Positions 13,362 to 26,589 of a DNA stretch of 64,000 nt are shown here, piece after piece. Source of the DNA: Octopus sinensis (taxonomy: Eukaryota); the NCBI RefSeq assembly GCF_006345805.1, contig NC_043005.1, positions 12,400,001-12,464,000 on the forward strand. The letters run 5' to 3'. The notes beneath the pieces are model-generated. The model was not told the DNA's origin. It did no database searches and saw only the letters and a program-made list of their open reading frames with translations. The position numbers and the translations under genes are program-made. Numbering within the stretch: position 1 is the first letter of the stretch; each line of letters opens with the position of its first letter.

Positions 13362-15805
13362 GTTACTACTACTACCGCTGCCACCAAAGAAGTACTTAGT
13401 TCCTATTACGAACAATAAACCTTTTAGATACCACTCTTGTTGCATAATTCGTTTTAACGCGGAGCTTTTCCTATAAATACTATAATGTCAGTTTTATACA
13501 GATTATCCTAGCTTTATTCTATATATTCATTTGCATTAAATGTGTTTTCATGGTATTATGCATTGATGATTTAGTGGTTGGTATTTACATACAGTGTTAT
13601 TCAGAATTCCAGTTGGAATTTTGTGAGAATGTACAGCTAATTCAATCATGCATTCGTTATTGGAAACAATAGTAGACATTATCCTACATATATTGATAAT
13701 CGTTATCTGAGTACATATAATCAGTATGGATATATTTAAAACGTGTTTTTAAATGTATTTTTGCTGAGGACTTACAGATAAAAAATAATAATAAATAATA
13801 TCATTTGAAATAGGTAAACGTGTTCGTGTGACCTGCTACAAATACGAACCGAATTCTTCTCACATCACGTCCTTCGAAGTAGGAATTTAGCACTGGAGAA
13901 TGTAACCTTTGAATACCACTAAAACGCGAGGTATTCGTGTGTGGATTACCTTCGGTCGTAGAACTCTTGCGGTTAAATTGGCCCGGGGCCACAGAAAAAT
14001 AACAACAACTAGGAAAATTTGATAAGTATAAAGTAGAAGATTCACCAAGAATTTATGAGAGAATATAATAATTTCTCCTAAAAAGTGAACTTAGCAGATA
14101 ACTTGAGTATGTCCATATCTTCTATCTCACCGTGTGTACAGCCTTGTCCAAGAAACTTTCTGATTGTATTGGAGCATCTGCGTTAGACAAACTTATTCTT
14201 CAAAAAGAACAAATTTATCAGGCATTAAATATGTTATCATAATTAGTGGAGAACCACTTTCTTGCACTATGTAAAAAGAACGGCGATTCTGATCCGTATT
14301 TAATAGTAGTATCTCATATCATCACTTGAGTTATTTTCACAATTTTCACATACTGAGTTATAACCTGATTCTGACACACTGAATCCCACCCTTCACGGTT
14401 CATATTTTTGATATTTCCCTTTGACTGAGTTTTACTGCTAAGCAGTGGTCATCCATCTATTTTGTAATAGATATATTTAAAATGTTCAGTCATTTAGTAT
14501 CAGTTTTATTAAAGCCATTTGTGCGTGACATCATTGGCTTTGCTGGAAACTGTTATTAACGAAATATGATGTATCATCCAATATTCTTCAGTCATCTAAA
14601 TGAAATATGTTTCTATAAGAATACAAAACCATAGTTATTACGTCATTCGAATTGCCGGAGTACGTGTCGAATATATCGGAAAAAATCCAAGTTTGATTTT
14701 TGTTAGCCACTTTGCGATGATTTCCAGCAGAAAATAGTCTCTTGGAGAGAATTGTGCTCTTCGAGGTGGGTATTATAAATGGCTGCCAAAACTTACTTTG
14801 TGATTGAACGAATTTCAACACGTTATAATGTTAAAAAGAAAAGGAAAGCGTATTTTTCTCTTGCTTTCATTGATACTTCAAAGGCACTAAGTGATATTTC
14901 TATCAATTTCCATTTTTCAGTCAATATGCTTCAAGAAGACTCAGTTTAAAATCTTTGTTATACTGTTTACACATTGAACTTTGGAAAGGCAATCAACCGT
15001 TCATTTATTTTTTCTGTCTGACCTGAATATATAAACCGCTGAAAGAGGAGAGTTTACAACAGCTAGTGTACATAGATACAACAAATTTCCATATCCATTT
15101 GGAGGTCGGTGACCGGTAATTCTGCGGAATGGAACATAAAGGAAGTCATTTTGAGAAACAACGATTGCTGGCTTAAACATTTATTGGAGAAGTAAGTGAA
15201 ATAGATTGCTAAGTACATAATTGAATGTCTAAATAGAAATATAAAATAAAGTATGCTAGAAACGAATTTGAAACAGAAATATAAAATTGTACACACTCAG
15301 TTCTGCAGACGTAAATCCAGGAAGCACACATGGAAATAAATACACACGCACAGATCTACAAAAATTCAACAACGCACATGTACATGCGCAGACGCACTCG
15401 TACAATACAAATCACATGACATCGATGCACCCTGTATGATTTGAATATTTTGTTACAGATGCTTTTAAAATGATAAACTACCCTACCAACACGTGCTGTG
15501 TAGTTAAATAGAATTTCCAGGGTAACAGTGATGGTTGGATTTAGAATTCTTACTTTAAAGTCTTGTAAATTACCGATATATCAACAGGGTTTGTTTCTCA
15601 TTCTAAAGATTCCTATGGGATAAATGAGTAGACTTTAGCCGTCACATTCACATATGTCTAACATGGCTAATAAATCCAGTTTATTTTTAAATGCAGTACC
15701 GACTAAAATCTATGGACCATTCCTATTGTAAAATTCAGTGTAAAAATATAGCTTTTCTGAATTAACTATAAGAAATTACTTGTAGTGTGATTTATTTCTG
15801 AATAT

Positions 15806-15850
<45 letters not shown>

Positions 15851-15932
15851 CACATACATACACACACACACGCGCCACATATAAATTGGTAGAAGTAAAT
15901 AGATGCGCCTGTAAATATACACATATATATAT

Positions 15933-16086
15933 AGGCGTAGGTGAGGATTATGGTAAGAACCTAGCTTCCCAACCACATGGTTTCTGGTTCAGTCCCACTG
16001 CACCTTCGACAGATACCTTCTACTACAGCCTCGCGCCGACTGAATTCCGTGAGTGGATTTGGTAGACGGAAGCTGAAACACGCCGC
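15933..16086 (+). mobile_element. SINE family 1, diverged 5' half
   Basis: aggcgtagg...ggttcagtcccactg...gtggatttggtagacggaa. Confidence 0.8.
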
Positions 16087-16104
16087 ATATACATACATAT
16101 ATAT

Positions 16105-16160
<56 letters not shown>

Positions 16161-16357
16161 TCTATAATTATATATATATATATGTATTTATATATTCTAT
16201 AATTATAAACATAATTATAATTAGGGGTCAGCTAATTGCTTCACCACATACCAAATTTAGAAATAGGAGTTAAAAATTCTTTTTCTACTACTGTAAGAAT
16301 CTCCACAGCAGTAACACACTTTTTACCCTTTTTACCCTTTTATTATTAATTTGAAAT

Positions 16358-16412
<55 letters not shown>

Positions 16413-16749
16413 ATACATATATATGTATATCGACGTGTATTCACCTAAAGGAAATCTTAACTCTATACATGTCTTACGTTTCTTACCAATAAATATTGAG
16501 TCGGTTTCTCAAGGTAACTTTCGTTTGTCCTGTGGAATATCTGAAACAACCGTTATATTTTATAGCATAAATGAATTTTTGAAAAGCACATAAAGCGGGC
16601 TGTATTTGCAGTGAAAATTTCATTTAAATTTATAATGGTCTTCTATAAGATCGATGCAGGTTCAGCCATTAGGAAGATAATATTTTTTGAGATTTGGTGG
16701 TGCTTCTGTCTGAATGGTCTTAATGGCTTCAGGACCTGATTGATAACAT

Positions 16750-17730
16750 AAACAACAACATGAGTTTACAATTAAGTAGAATCAAAATCAATGACACTTC
16801 TTGAATATTTTAGGAATCAACATAGCCGCAAATGTTGAAAATTACGGTACAAAATTGACAGACACGAAAAAATACATACTATTTACTTCTTGCCACTCAA
16901 CAAATACTAAAATAAGTATAACGTTTAATATAGTGCTAAGAGTATGTTCAATCGTATTGAATTTAGAATCTCAAAATAAAAAGAGACTCCAAGAATTGAA
17001 ACAAATAATACTAGAAAGACCATATCTTTCAAAATTAATTGATAACGGAACTGAACGTGCCAAAACAGGAGATATTAAAGAAATAGAGATAAAAGTAACA
17101 ACAAAAAAGTTCAAATAAAATAAATACACTGAATTACATCACAACAGACTACAGAAAAAACGATTATCTATTGAAACCATCCATTGTTGAAACAAGACCA
17201 GAGAATGACAAAAAAAGTAAAGCAGATATAAGAGATTCTCAAAAGTGGAAGACAACCAAAGTGTCTACAAAAAATTACTGACCAACGCCAAATTAACCAT
17301 TCAAATCACAAAACAAATACTTAAAAAATAGAGATGGCCTCGCTGATTAAACTGCATCAGTTACATATAAAACAGATCTTATGAGTAGATAACATACTTT
17401 CAGTGTAAAATTCACTTCACCTGCTCATAGAAAATGAAAATTATGAAGTATGATATTAAGAGTAATATTTGTAACGATGGACACATACGATAAATTTACT
17501 TTGAGAAAAAGTCTCAATATTTATCGGCTACAAATATGAGAACAAAATACCAGGTAGATTTCACTAAAAACAAAAAGCATTTACATTTATGCTAAATAAA
17601 CTAACTATGCAATTTCTAGTTTTGCCAATTTATTGTGGTTCTGACAATACCACGGACTAAATACTGACGAATAAAGAAGATATATTTATTAAGCGATAGA
17701 AACTGCGACTGAAAAATCTACAACGAACTT
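16750..17730 (+). mobile_element. Decayed Penelope-like element (RT thumb toward GIY-YIG)
   Basis: ORF 16801-17118 TKLTDTKKYILFTSCH..K..I.FNIVLRVCSIV..RLQELKQIILER.Y...I....ERA matches the PLE thumb consensus K.TD...YL.F.SCHP...IP...A.RI..I.S...RL.EL...L..R.YP. Confidence 0.75.
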
Positions 17731-17866
17731 TCGAATAGAGGTTAGACTGTTGAAATTCATATTCTCATAAACAAACATATAAATAGTCACATATACAAAC
17801 ATGTAAGATGTTTTTGTAGTTTTGGCTATTCTAAAAACCACTTAGTTTGTACTACTATATAACATA

Positions 17867-18262
17867 CTAGCAGTATCGACCGGCGTTGCTCGGGTTTGCA
17901 AGGGAAATAACTATATAAGCATTTTTAGAGGTGTAAAGTATAATAGCCATCGCAATATGGCTAACCACAAAGGGGGGGTGTTACTGTAGCGTTTTACGTT
18001 CTGAGATTTAATAATAAATTTTTAGAGAGTTACTTCCCTTATATATGCCAAAAATGCATTAAAAATGGGAAAAAATTATGGTAATTTTTTTTTAAATCGT
18101 AGACTAATTCGTAGACGCGCGCTAATACCCAGAAGGGCTCGATATGAATCACGACTATAAGATACCCGCTTTTGGTTAAACTGCACCGCAAAATGTGGGA
18201 GTAGTTAGGAATCTAAATCGTAGGAGACAGACAGCATACAACCTCACTTTTATATATAAAGA
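17867..18262 (-). mobile_element. Non-autonomous Helitron (~395 bp), copy 1
   Basis: Minus strand begins TC and ends with hairpin CCCGAGCAACGCCGG, a short spacer and CTAG; inserted between A and T; second copy at 34075-34459. Confidence 0.85.
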
Positions 18263-18559
18263 TTAACAAGCCTGAACAGCGTTAATATTCGGCACGCTCA
18301 ACTATCATACTTATAGTCTCATGACTGACTGATTTTGTGACCGCCTACACCCAAACAGACTATTAAGTAAATGGTGGTGTTTTATCTCCCAATAAAAGTG
18401 GGAAATTTTCAAACGCCAGTCAGAGTTCAGACAATTTCGCCATAACTTCAGATCCTTTCACTTGAAAATCATGAGAAACCGGTTAAGTAAAAATAAATAA
18501 TTCAAGCGCTTACAACCACTCTTTATACTTCTGTTCTTATGAAGAAAAACCAACTATTC

Positions 18560-18629
<70 letters not shown>

Positions 18630-18767
18630 GTCTATCTATCTATCCATCTATTTATCTATCTATCTATCCATCTATCTATATACAATTCATGTGGACGACG
18701 TTGAAAACTTTTTCACGTGAAGAAATTAAAAACTCGCATTATTGTGGTACATATTTTACGAAAAACT

Positions 18768-19345
18768 ATGGATAAATTCTTAGTGAGTCTTGCTCAGTTA
18801 CAAAAACAGCAGCAACAACAACAACAACTTAAAGAACGACAGGAATAATAAATGCTTCAACAAGAGAAGTTACAACTAATGAAGTTGATATCAATACAGG
18901 AAAATACGTAGCAAATTCAATAAATGAATTTAAATATGACCCGGAAGAAGGAGTCACTTTTGAGACATATTACCAAAGATTTGAACAAAATTTAGAAGAA
19001 TGCCAACAATGGACGGACGAAATGAAAACGCATCTAATTCTGAGTAAGCTGGCGACGACTGAGCACGAAAAATGCTGTAACTTTAATTTGGCTAAAAAAA
19101 TTCTGACATAAATTCCACAGACACAATTGATATTTCAGGTAAGGTGTTCAGTGAAAAAATACGTTAGACGAAGACTTTACCACAAAAGAGGGTAGAGTGA
19201 ACAGAGAGTGCGAGATATTTAAACTGCATAAACTAACTCCAGACTCGTTGAAATGCCTGATTTTTGCTCAGGGACTTACTTCTAAAAACGAGGCAGAAGT
19301 CAGAATGAAAATTCTCGCAAAGCTGGAAATGAACCAGGATATAAC
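18768..19345 (+). mobile_element. Gypsy/Ty3 gag remnant
   Basis: MDKFLVSLAQLQKQQQ..VANSINEFKYDPEEGVTFETYYQRFE..CLIFAQGL...EVRMKILAKLE; homologous to the gag at 59680-60586. Confidence 0.8.
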
Positions 19346-21860
19346 TCTCCTAGCATATCAGGAGCACCAACAGTTATGTCAGATATGGTTAGTTGAGGGT
19401 TTACATCACTGATACTAGCCAGATCAACCGCATTAGGGTTACTGAAGACACAGCAGTATTGTTTCTAAAGTATCTCGCACCTGGATTTTGTATCGCCATG
19501 TAAAGTGTTGTTCCCGTCTACCAGAGGACCAACAGTGGAAACAGTATCGTTATGTTTTTTTGCAAATGAATAGAACATTTTGGGATTGAGTTTTATTTTC
19601 TCAATGGCCCAACTCTTCTCATCTGCTCTTGGACTGTTAATGATCGTGATCATGCTTTTTTGGAGGTCGTATTTTTTCGATTCGAGTGACGCAATGGGTG
19701 CGTGGCTGCTGGCAGTATTTAAGTTGGTTGATTTTCTTGTTGATTATTTTCATTTATCTGATAACTGATCTTCTATTTCTAGGGATTGTGCACTTATATT
19801 TTTATTCCGATCTTAATGGAGTATATTTTGCGCATATATGTGTTACAGTATCTACAAACGTCTGCTATGATGTGTTTATGTTGGAGGGGGGTGCGTGAAG
19901 GCCCAATCAACTTGTGAAAGATCATGATTGATTGCATTCCAGTCTGCGTTATGAAGATTCATAGTGTCATATGGATGGACTGGAGAGATATCACTGGGTT
20001 TGATCTTTGGGTAGGAGAATCTCAGATCGTAGAGAACAATGTTATAGTCTGAGAGCAGTCGTGTTTTTTCCACTGCAATATTAAGGATAGTGTCTGTGTG
20101 GTTACTGAACACTAGGTCCAAGGGGATTTTTTGTGAAATCTTGTTGGTTCGAGAACAAGTTGGGTCAGGAAAAACTCACCCATGAAATCAAAAATCAATT
20201 CGATTTCTTCCTAATCAGGGGTTGAGGTGGAAAAACTGGTTTCAAGCTGTTTTTGGACCAATCAACACTGGGAAGGTTGAAGTCACCCATCATTAATATG
20301 TTGTCAGCATGACACCGGTGGGTGAGGGCATTTAATACTGTTGAGGCATTCCATGAAGCATAGAAAAGGAGTTAGGGGTAGCCTATAGAACCCAGCTACT
20401 ATCAAATTGTTGGTTTTACTAATCACAGAAGCTGCCTCATAGTAGTCACGAAAATGGCGGTCCCATCCTTTCTTCTGCCGACACGATCTCGACGGATGGC
20501 TGTAAAATTCTTCCTCTCACCTCAGATTCCAAGTGGAGGTTATTGAGATGAGTCTCTGTGAAAAGGGATATGGTGCTGATAGTCAATAAATTGGATCTTC
20601 CGTTTCTGGACACTGGTAGAAACGCTGAGGCGATATTGGTGACAGATTTTGACTGTTTTGGTGATTTGTATGTTAATAGCAGCAATGGGAGGTTGTGTGA
20701 TAGGGTGGTGGTGGGGTGGCCTTGTGTGAGGGCTAGAATTTTCTTGGGTAGCCCTTTTGCCAGATTCATTATGGCTGAAAAAAGTATTCTGTTTAGAGAA
20801 CTGGTAATGTTTGTTGCTGTGGGTTTTGTATTGGTTAGGGGTCTCGTTTATATTTTTACTTGTACGACGAGTCCCCGCGAGATGGGTAAATGGACAATAA
20901 TACTGTAGACATAATCTCTTACGCTGAGAATAGCGGCAGACTCTAGGGTTCCGTGTAACATGAGTGGTTTTTTTTCAAATGTAATTTAGTATTTGGTGAG
21001 AGTGATAGGAGTGGTGGTAGTGGCGTTGTTTTAGATTGTGCGCTTTGATGGTAGCGGCTGTTGTGAGTAGTAATTGAACGTCTAGTCCCTGGCAAATGAG
21101 TGGATTTGCAATCAGTGTCAGTGCACAGCCTCTTGCGTAGTGAATAGCGGCATATTTTGGGGTTTCGCGTGTAGGCAGTGAGAGGCATAGATTTTAATTT
21201 GTGTACATTTGTGTTTGACAAATTCATTAAGCGGTTTTTAAGTTATCAGTTAGTTGGTTGATCACAAATCGGAATGGTGGTAGATTGGAGCTGTGTCTGT
21301 TGCTGTTTTTGAGGTGGTTGTTGTAGCTGTAGATTTTGATGTTGTTGTGATTCCTGTTGATGAAATCGTTTTTGCTGTTGAAGATTTGATGGGTGGATAA
21401 CAATGTCTGGTTGTATGGGCTATCAACAGCTGGAATCTGAGAAGTTGACCGATTCATTAAGTAGATCATCAATTGTAGTCATATTAGGGAGTGTTAAAGG
21501 TTGAGTCTGGGTCAGTTGTTCCTGCTTTGGTTGTTGCTGTTGTTGTTTTTGCTGAGATGGTTGTTGTTTTTGCTGTGGTGATTGTTGTTTTTGCTGAGGT
21601 GGTTATTGTTTTTGCTGAAGTGGTTGTTGTTGTTGTTGTTGTTACTGAGGTGGTTGTTGTTGTTGTTGTTGCTGTGGTGGCTGTTGTTGTTGCCGAGGCT
21701 ACCGTGGTTTTTGTTCTTGTCGGTGCTTGTTGTTGTTGGTGTTGACCAGTATTTGAAGAGAAAACACGTTGGAGTTTTACAAAATGTCTATTAATTAATT
21801 TATATGACATTTCAGTTTTGAATCTGCTTCTCGGAGTCATGTCTGAAAAGTTGACTTGTA
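19346..21860 (-). mobile_element. CR1-like LINE 5' portion (ORF1 + APE endonuclease), decayed
   Basis: APE motifs FTETHL, MGDFNLPSVDW and DLVFSN..LSDYNIV; post-APE IKLNPKMFYSFAK; upstream ORF1 pieces with a Thr-rich tract and a CRYS....C....C...HLPGT Cys/His motif. Confidence 0.8.
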
Positions 21861-22482
21861 CGTCTGGCCGTTATGTCGCGGCATAAAGTGTCTATGTTTT
21901 CTGTCTGGGCAAGACAGTACCACGAATTAATCAGAAGGTCTATTTCACTCTCAGACCAATTATTGTAAATTTTTGTTGTTGAGTAGTCATCTTAGAGTTT
22001 GTCTGAGATAAATATTTACAGATGTTTGAAGCTGAAAGATATATATATACGTATGTATGTATGTATGTATGTATGTATGTATGTATGTATGTATGTATGT
22101 ATGTATGTATGTATGTGTGTGTGTGTGTGTGTGTGTATGTGTGTGTGTATGATAATGCAGTACTTTTTGCTTTCATGAAGATATATGTATGTACATATAC
22201 ATTCAAAATAAGAAAGAACATTCTCTTCCCGATTCAATCACATATATATATAATTCATGAATTTTTCTTCAAAAATCATCTGAAAGCGCTAAATAAATAA
22301 TCATCCAAAATTTTATCTACATCGTTTCTCTCTTTCTTTCTTCCTCCCCCTCTCTCTCTTCTTTCTCTCTTTCTAACTCTAACTATATATATATATATAT
22401 ATATACATATATATACATATATATATATATTATTGGTGAATTGAAGAAATGGAGCTGAACGAAGATTGAACAGAAATCGTTT

Positions 22483-22575
22483 TATTTCATTCTACACGTG
22501 TTTCGAAAGGCACAATTTACCAAAATCCGATTGAATAATGAGACCATATTGTGTCTTTCTCTTCAGGAAGAAATA
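22483..22575 (-). ncRNA. Type I hammerhead ribozyme (PLE terminal repeat)
   Basis: Reverse complement of 24778-24870. Confidence 0.85.
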
Positions 22576-23191
22576 GGAAATCCGTTGGAAAAAACAAAAA
22601 CAGAACAGAGGCGGAGCAAAACAAATCGAACTAGGCTCCTAAGAGCCCATGGCAAAACTGTTTATCAGTGCATGTTGAGAACCGGTGGTTGAAGATTTTA
22701 ACGGGTCAGGCAGCGGTCATTCCTGTGGGTGGGGGTGTGTAGATGTTCTTTGTGACCGAGAATAAAGTTCTGACTGTTTAAGGAATATTGGATGTATTAT
22801 AAGGGGCGAGAAAAAAATCTACTTAGAGACATGTGTGTGTTTACTGTTCTATATATGTGTGCTGGCGCAGGTTGGCAAGAACTCCGTCAAGGGGTAGAAA
22901 ACATTTTTTGTGTACGTGTGTGCGTTTGATCGCTCGGCTGTCAGTTGTTAAGCAGCTCTACACAATGGCTACTGCAGTAAAAACCGTTGGGTGGCAGAAA
23001 AATATTTTATGTTTTATGTGTGCGTGTGTTCGTCTAATCATGCCTCGTCAAAGAAACCCCCCGTCGTCAAAAACAAAGCCCCGTTTATCTTACAGGAGTA
23101 ATTCCCCTTGCAGTGGTTAATCGTAATTATCTTAAATGCTATTTCAGAATTTATTACCAAGGGCTATGGGTGCAGGTATTATTTATAAGCG

Positions 23192-24343
23192 TTATTTATA
23201 AGCCAGATAAGTGTAACGCCGCCAATGGGGGCATCGAAAAGCCGACTGTAAAAGTCCGTTTACCATCCGGTCTCTGGCGAACAATATATGGAAGAGTTCG
23301 GAGACACAAAGGTTGTACTTCCTTCTGCCCCTATCAAATGGGAGGGCCACCGACAAAATTGAGCATTCCAGCCTGTAGCTTGAGTTCGTATCCTTCAATC
23401 GCCATATTAGCTTGCTGAGTCCCGTGGTCTGGCGTTTATTCATGTCTCGAAAAGTTGCGTAATGATTGGAGATTCGCAAAGCCAATCTTGACGATGAGGC
23501 CCCTACATAAGCGTAGACATCTGAGTCCGTGTAAACCTTGCATTGGTAGACGGCGTTTCTAATCTTGGAGTTCGCCGACGTGAATCTTATTCTGCTAGGA
23601 TTAGTTTCTGAAATTAGAACTGCGTTACTGTCACTATATTTGTTACGAGAACTGCAGCCGCTTACTACTTTATTTTCCACTACGTCACTATTAACTAACG
23701 GAATAACCCCTGATTCTCCACTATCTATCAGAGTGCTGTCATTGCTAGTGCCCGTGGTGCTGCTATTACAGGAAATGATGCTGGGGTTGCTATTGGGACT
23801 CTCTACCCTACTCCCATTGTTACCGTCAACTACAACACCCCTATTTATAACTATACCCCCAGTGTGTAATCCCTGGCTGGAGCTGAGATTATGAGTCACT
23901 GTACTGGCTCTCATATCATTATTACTACTATAATTATTCCTACTGAGCATTAAACCGGGAGCGGAAGAGGCTGTGCCTCCGGAAAAAGGTGATAGGGTCT
24001 TAGTAAGCAGCCTATTATTATGGGAGGCGATTAACTGGGCGAGGTTTTTAGTGTTGGAGAAAGCTATCCTAACTTTATGCGAGTTAACCGTGGAGTAATA
24101 TTTGGAATTTCTGGGGAAGTTATTGGCGATGGCTTGTCTAAACATGAGGGGGAGGTTAGTTCTAATCTGCTTACCAAAGGGAATTACAAACCATATATGC
24201 TTATTCCTATCTGTGTGATGGGTCGGGACGCCAGCTCTCGCATTCGGGTGGGTGATTCTCGGATGAATAACGGGTTTTGGGTTAGTGTGAGATCTCCCGG
24301 ACCGATAATTATCCTTGTTCGCTAAATTAAATGCGGGAGCGAT
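23192..24343 (-). CDS. PLE polyprotein C-terminal part: end of RT thumb, Ser/Asn-rich linker, GIY-YIG endonuclease (5' truncated)
   Basis: Frame stays open upstream of the listed ATG (24145) to ~24343. Motifs HIWFVIPF, SHNNRLL, NAVYQCKV...YVG...RISNH...LSKLIWRLK...LCVSE...CPH. Confidence 0.85.
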   Translation of the reverse strand: MAPAFNLANKDNYRSGRSHTNPKPVIHPRITHPNARAGVPTHHTDRNKHIWFVIPFGKQIRTNLPLMFRQAIANNFPRNSKYYSTVNSHKVRIAFSNTKNLAQLIASHNNRLLTKTLSPFSGGTASSAPGLMLSRNNYSSNNDMRASTVTHNLSSSQGLHTGGIVINRGVVVDGNNGSRVESPNSNPSIISCNSSTTGTSNDSTLIDSGESGVIPLVNSDVVENKVVSGCSSRNKYSDSNAVLISETNPSRIRFTSANSKIRNAVYQCKVYTDSDVYAYVGASSSRLALRISNHYATFRDMNKRQTTGLSKLIWRLKDTNSSYRLECSILSVALPFDRGRRKYNLCVSELFHILFARDRMVNGLLQSAFRCPHWRRYTYLAYK

Positions 24344-24777
24344 TTATTTAGCGCTTTCAGCTGATTTTTGAAGAAAAATTCATGAATTATATATATATGT
24401 GATTGAATCGGGAAGAGAATGTTCTTTCTTATTTTGAATGTATATGTACATACATATATCCCTTGACGGAGTTCTTGCCAACCTGCGCCAGCACACATAT
24501 ATAGAACAGTAAACACACACATGTCTCTAAGTAGATTTTTTTCTCGCCCCTTATAATACATCCAATATTCCTTAAATAGTCAGAACTTTATTCTCGGTCA
24601 TAAAGAACATCTACACACCCTCACCCACAGGAATGACCGCTGCCTGACACGTTAAAATCTTCAACCACCGGTTCTCAACATACACTGATAAACAGTTTTG
24701 CCATGGGCTCTTAGGAGCCTAGTTCGATTTGTTTTGCTCCGCCTCTGTTCTGTTTTTGTTTTTTCCAACGGATTTCC

Positions 24778-24870
24778 TATTTCTTCCTGAAGAGAAAGAC
24801 ACAATATGGTCTCATTATTCAATCGGATTTTGGTAAATTGTGCCTTTCGAAACACGTGTAGAATGAAATA
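24778..24870 (+). ncRNA. Type I hammerhead ribozyme (inverted PLE terminal repeat)
   Basis: Stem I TATTTCTTC/GAA(T)GAAATA; core CTGAAGA; stem II GAAAGACACAAT/ATTGTGCCTTTC; GAAA; palindromic minimal stem III ACACGTGT; cleavage triplet GUA. Confidence 0.85.
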
Positions 24871-25078
24871 AAACGATTTCTGTTCAATCTTCGTTCAGCT
24901 CCATTTCTTCAATTCACCAATAATATTAAAATTCAATTATCCGCACCAACGCACGGTTGCAACACCATATGGTTGTACCTCCAACCGTGCTGTCTTCTGC
25001 TGTGATTTTTGCTACCAAGGTATCGGTTAAACTTTTGATTAATCTGCTACAAGATTATTCATCTTTCTATTTCACATA

Positions 25079-25115
<37 letters not shown>

Positions 25116-25116
25116 A

Positions 25117-25154
<38 letters not shown>

Positions 25155-25222
25155 AATAATATATAGATATATGTGCATATATACATACGTATATGTATAT
25201 ACTTACATCTGTACGTATATAA

Positions 25223-25257
<35 letters not shown>

Positions 25258-25261
<4 letters not shown>

Positions 25262-25860
25262 TCGGTTGGCACAGGACGTCATGAAACATGTACAACAAAA
25301 ATGTATGAAGCACGAGTACATGGAACATAAACAATTCTTTCGAACAACGAATGACACATATGGAAAACAAAATAAACAGCATATAGAACAACCCTTCATG
25401 AGTCATAAGCTGTTTTTCTAGTCTCGTATTTCGAGTATTTAACAACAATATACGTTTTCGATAAAACAATTGCTCCCGCAAAGCAAATTAAATGAAATTT
25501 GGGATTTTGTGGAGGGTCAAAATAGGTAACACAAACAGGAAACTGAAAAGAAACAGGAAAACAGGAAGGGTTACTAAGCCTAAACGAGGTTGTAGTAGCG
25601 AACGCATTAATCAAGTTAGGACAGCAAACAAACAAGAAAACGTCTTCCTTATTCCAGCTACAACGGAGGGAAAGAAAGATAGCCGATGGTCACGTGGGAG
25701 CCATGCGAGCAAGGGAGGAGGAGTGACGGAGAGAGAGTGACAGAGTAATAGAATAGAATAGTGAGAGAAGTGGAGGTAAAATAATAAGAGAGAGAAAAAG
25801 ACAGGAAAACAAAAGAGTAGAAAGATCTTATTGAATACGCACAGGATTATTAAGATAAAA
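25258..25860 (-). mobile_element. Dispersed non-coding repeat; related copies at 26383-26580 and 43670-43842
   Basis: gttggcacaggacgtcatgaaac...gaagcacgagtacatggaacat...gaacaacccttcat shared with 26389-26530; more distant match at 43676-43842; all flanked by (TA)n. Confidence 0.7.
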
Positions 25861-25925
25861 CTTACTTGAAAGAGGATGCGTGGCGATCAATCATATAATA
25901 TATACATATATATATATATATATAT

Positions 25926-26312
25926 ACTCTGACTCTTTACTCTTTTACTCATTTACTTGCTTCAGTCATTTGATTGCGGCCATGCTGGAGCACCGCCTTT
26001 AGTCGAGCAAATCGACCCCGGGACTTATTCTTTGTCAGCCCAGTACTTATTCTATCAGTCTCTTTTGCCGAACCGCTAAGTGACGGGGACGTAAACACAC
26101 CAGCATCGGTTGTCAAGCAATGCTAGGGGGACAAACAAACACACACACACACATATATACGACAGGCTTCTTTCAGTTTCCGCCTACCAAATCCACTCAC
26201 AAGGCATTGGTCGGCCCGGGGCTATAGCAGAAGACACTTGCCCAAGATGCCACGCAGTGGGACTGAACCCGGAACCATGTGGTTGGTTAGCAAGCTACTT
26301 ACCACACAGCCA
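25926..26312 (-). mobile_element. SINE family 1
   Basis: Near-identical to 10135-10532. Confidence 0.92.
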
Positions 26313-26313
26313 T

Positions 26314-26386
<73 letters not shown>

Positions 26387-26589
26387 ATGTTGGCACAGGA
26401 CGTCATGAAACGTTTACAACAAAAATGTACGAAGCACGAGTACATGGAACATGAGCTTTTCTTTCGAACAACGAAAGACACAAATGGAAGACAAAAGAAA
26501 CAACATAAAGAACAACCCTTCATCAGTTCGTGGCTGTTTTTCTAGTCTCGTATATCGAGCATTTAAAAACAACATACGCACACATATAT

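Larger units (their letters stand above)
22427..25075 (-). mobile_element. Young 5'-truncated Penelope-like element (Naiad-like) with inverted terminal repeat
   Basis: Arms 22427-22893 and 24460-24926 are near-perfect reverse complements, each with an HHR; a GIY-YIG ORF lies between them; both ends abut (TA)n. Confidence 0.9.

Noticed and set aside
13801-14821. Stop-poor minus-strand stretch suggesting a pseudogene
   Set aside because: Several stops and no recognisable motif; cannot be told from chance without a homology search.
17663-17712. CTGACGA...GAAAC hammerhead-like words
   Set aside because: Stem II does not close next to GAAA and no NUH site with stems I and III can be formed.
22498-22692. 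Identical 64-aa ORF in both arms (also 24661-24855)
   Set aside because: Antisense reading of the non-coding terminal repeat and ribozyme; identity reflects recent duplication.
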